Source: Sphyrna mokarran
Taxonomy: Eukaryota
Assembly (NCBI GenBank): GCA_024679065.1
Contig: JAGIQG010000010.1
Span: 18,042,001-18,106,000 of the forward strand
Direction: 5' to 3'
Length of the DNA stretch: 64,000 nt
In this document: positions 62,915 through 64,000 of the stretch, in pieces
Position numbering within the stretch: the stretch's first letter is position 1
Layout of the letters: each line of letters starts with the position of its first letter
Position numbers and translations under genes: made by a program
Notes under the pieces: generated by a model
What the model was told of the DNA's origin: nothing
Databases searched by the model: none
Seen by the model: only the letters and a program-made list of their open reading frames with translations

Positions 62915-63210
62915 AAGTTTAAGTTTAAAGTTCATTAGTCACAAGTAGGCTTACATTCACTTCATTGCAATGAAGTTACTGTGAAAATCCCCTCGTCGCC
63001 ACACTCTGGTACTTGTTCGGGTACACTGAAGGAGAATTTAGCATGGCCAATCCACCTAACCTGCGCATCTATGGAATGTGGGAGGAAACCGGGGCACCCG
63101 GAGGAAACTCGTGTAGTCGCAAGGAGAATGTGCAAACTCCACACGGACAGTGACCTAAGCCAGGAAACGAATCCCTGCGCTATGAGGCATCAGTCTAATC
63201 ACTGTGCATC
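62915..63210 (-). mobile_element. V-SINE, tail B
   Basis: attagtcacaagtaggcttacatt...gaagttactgtgaaaatcccc...ggaggaaaccggggcacccggagg. Confidence 0.9.
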
Positions 63211-63249
63211 TCAAGTTTATTTATCAGTGTTACAAGTAGGCTTACATTA

Positions 63250-63548
63250 AAGTAAAATTTATTTATTAGTCACAAGAAAGGCTTACATTAACACTGCAAT
63301 GAAGTTACTGTGAAAATCCCCTGGTCGCCACATTCCGGCACCAGTGTTTGGGTATCCTGAGCAGGAACTTAGCGTGACCAATGCACCTAACTAGCGTGCC
63401 ATTCAGACTGGAGGAGGAAACTGGAGCACCGGAAGGAATCCACACAGACACAGGGAGAACAATTGTACTTTGTACAAACAGTGACCTGTACCAGGAATTG
63501 AACCCTGGTCCCTAGCACCACGAGGCAGCAGTGCCAACCACCGTGCCA
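63250..63548 (-). mobile_element. V-SINE, tail B (preceded by an isolated tail piece at 63213-63250)
   Basis: tttattagtcacaag...cttacattaacactgcaatgaagttactgtg...gaggcagcagtgccaaccaccgtgcc. Confidence 0.9.
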
Positions 63549-63765
63549 AGAGAACCCAGTTTTTCTCATAAAATACTTTGTTGAATGTTTATATCAGTGA
63601 GGATTCCCATAGGTATCCCCATGTCAGCTATGCTCAAATTGACTCCTTCAAATTACAGTGCGTGCAAAGTCATGCAATAAAATTGCAAAGGGGTGGGCGC
63701 TTAAACACATATCCTGGGCACTACAAAACAAAACTGAGAGGAACGTTGGCCCCAAGTGCCTACAT

Positions 63766-63976
63766 AAAAAATAACTTTACTCAGAGAGTAGTAAGGGCGT
63801 GGAATGCCCTGCCTGCAACAGTAGTGGACCTGTCAACATTAAGGGCATTTAAATGGTCATTGGATAAACATATGGATGATATTGGAATAGTCTTTAGATT
63901 GGTTTCACAGGTCAGCACAACATTGAGGGGCCGAAGGGCCTGTACTATGCTGTAATGTTCTACATTCTATGTTCTT
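63766..63976 (+). mobile_element. 5'-truncated CR1 3' end
   Basis: FTQRVVRAWNALP...FK..LDKHM; tail ggggccgaagggcctgtactatgctgtaatgttct. Confidence 0.9.
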
Positions 63977-64000
63977 TCACTGCCTGCAAGAAGTCATACA

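Noticed and set aside
1-64000. Short six-frame ORFs as host genes
   Set aside because: They are chance ORFs, antisense frames of LINEs or SINE-derived peptides (e.g. LCGVCTFS, MWSLH); no coherent exon chain was recognised.

Overview
Eukaryotic, repeat-rich, non-coding DNA (intron or gene desert), most likely from a shark or other elasmobranch. The basis is the repeat set: HE1-type V-SINEs, HER1/CR1 LINEs, SacSINE1-type Deu-SINEs, L2, Rex1/Babar, RTE, Penelope-like elements and PIF/Harbinger-like TIR elements. I find no supportable host protein-coding exon, rRNA, tRNA gene or CRISPR array, and every recognisable ORF is a retroelement remnant. The most notable signals are: (1) non-coding Penelope-derived fold-back inserts with long TSDs and minimal hammerhead ribozyme motifs, one next to a 50-bp tandem amplification of its own target; (2) a young CR1 whose long 3' UTR contains a V-SINE core, nested as one block in a Rex1 tail; (3) two V-SINE subfamilies with different LINE-type tails; (4) a microhomology-flanked 240-bp inverted duplication; (5) several repeat-free, enhancer-like blocks, one with a Sox-Oct motif. 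Family names come from recalled consensus motifs, not database searches. Boundaries of old repeats are approximate (about 10-50 bp). I cannot establish from sequence alone that any of these is previously undescribed.
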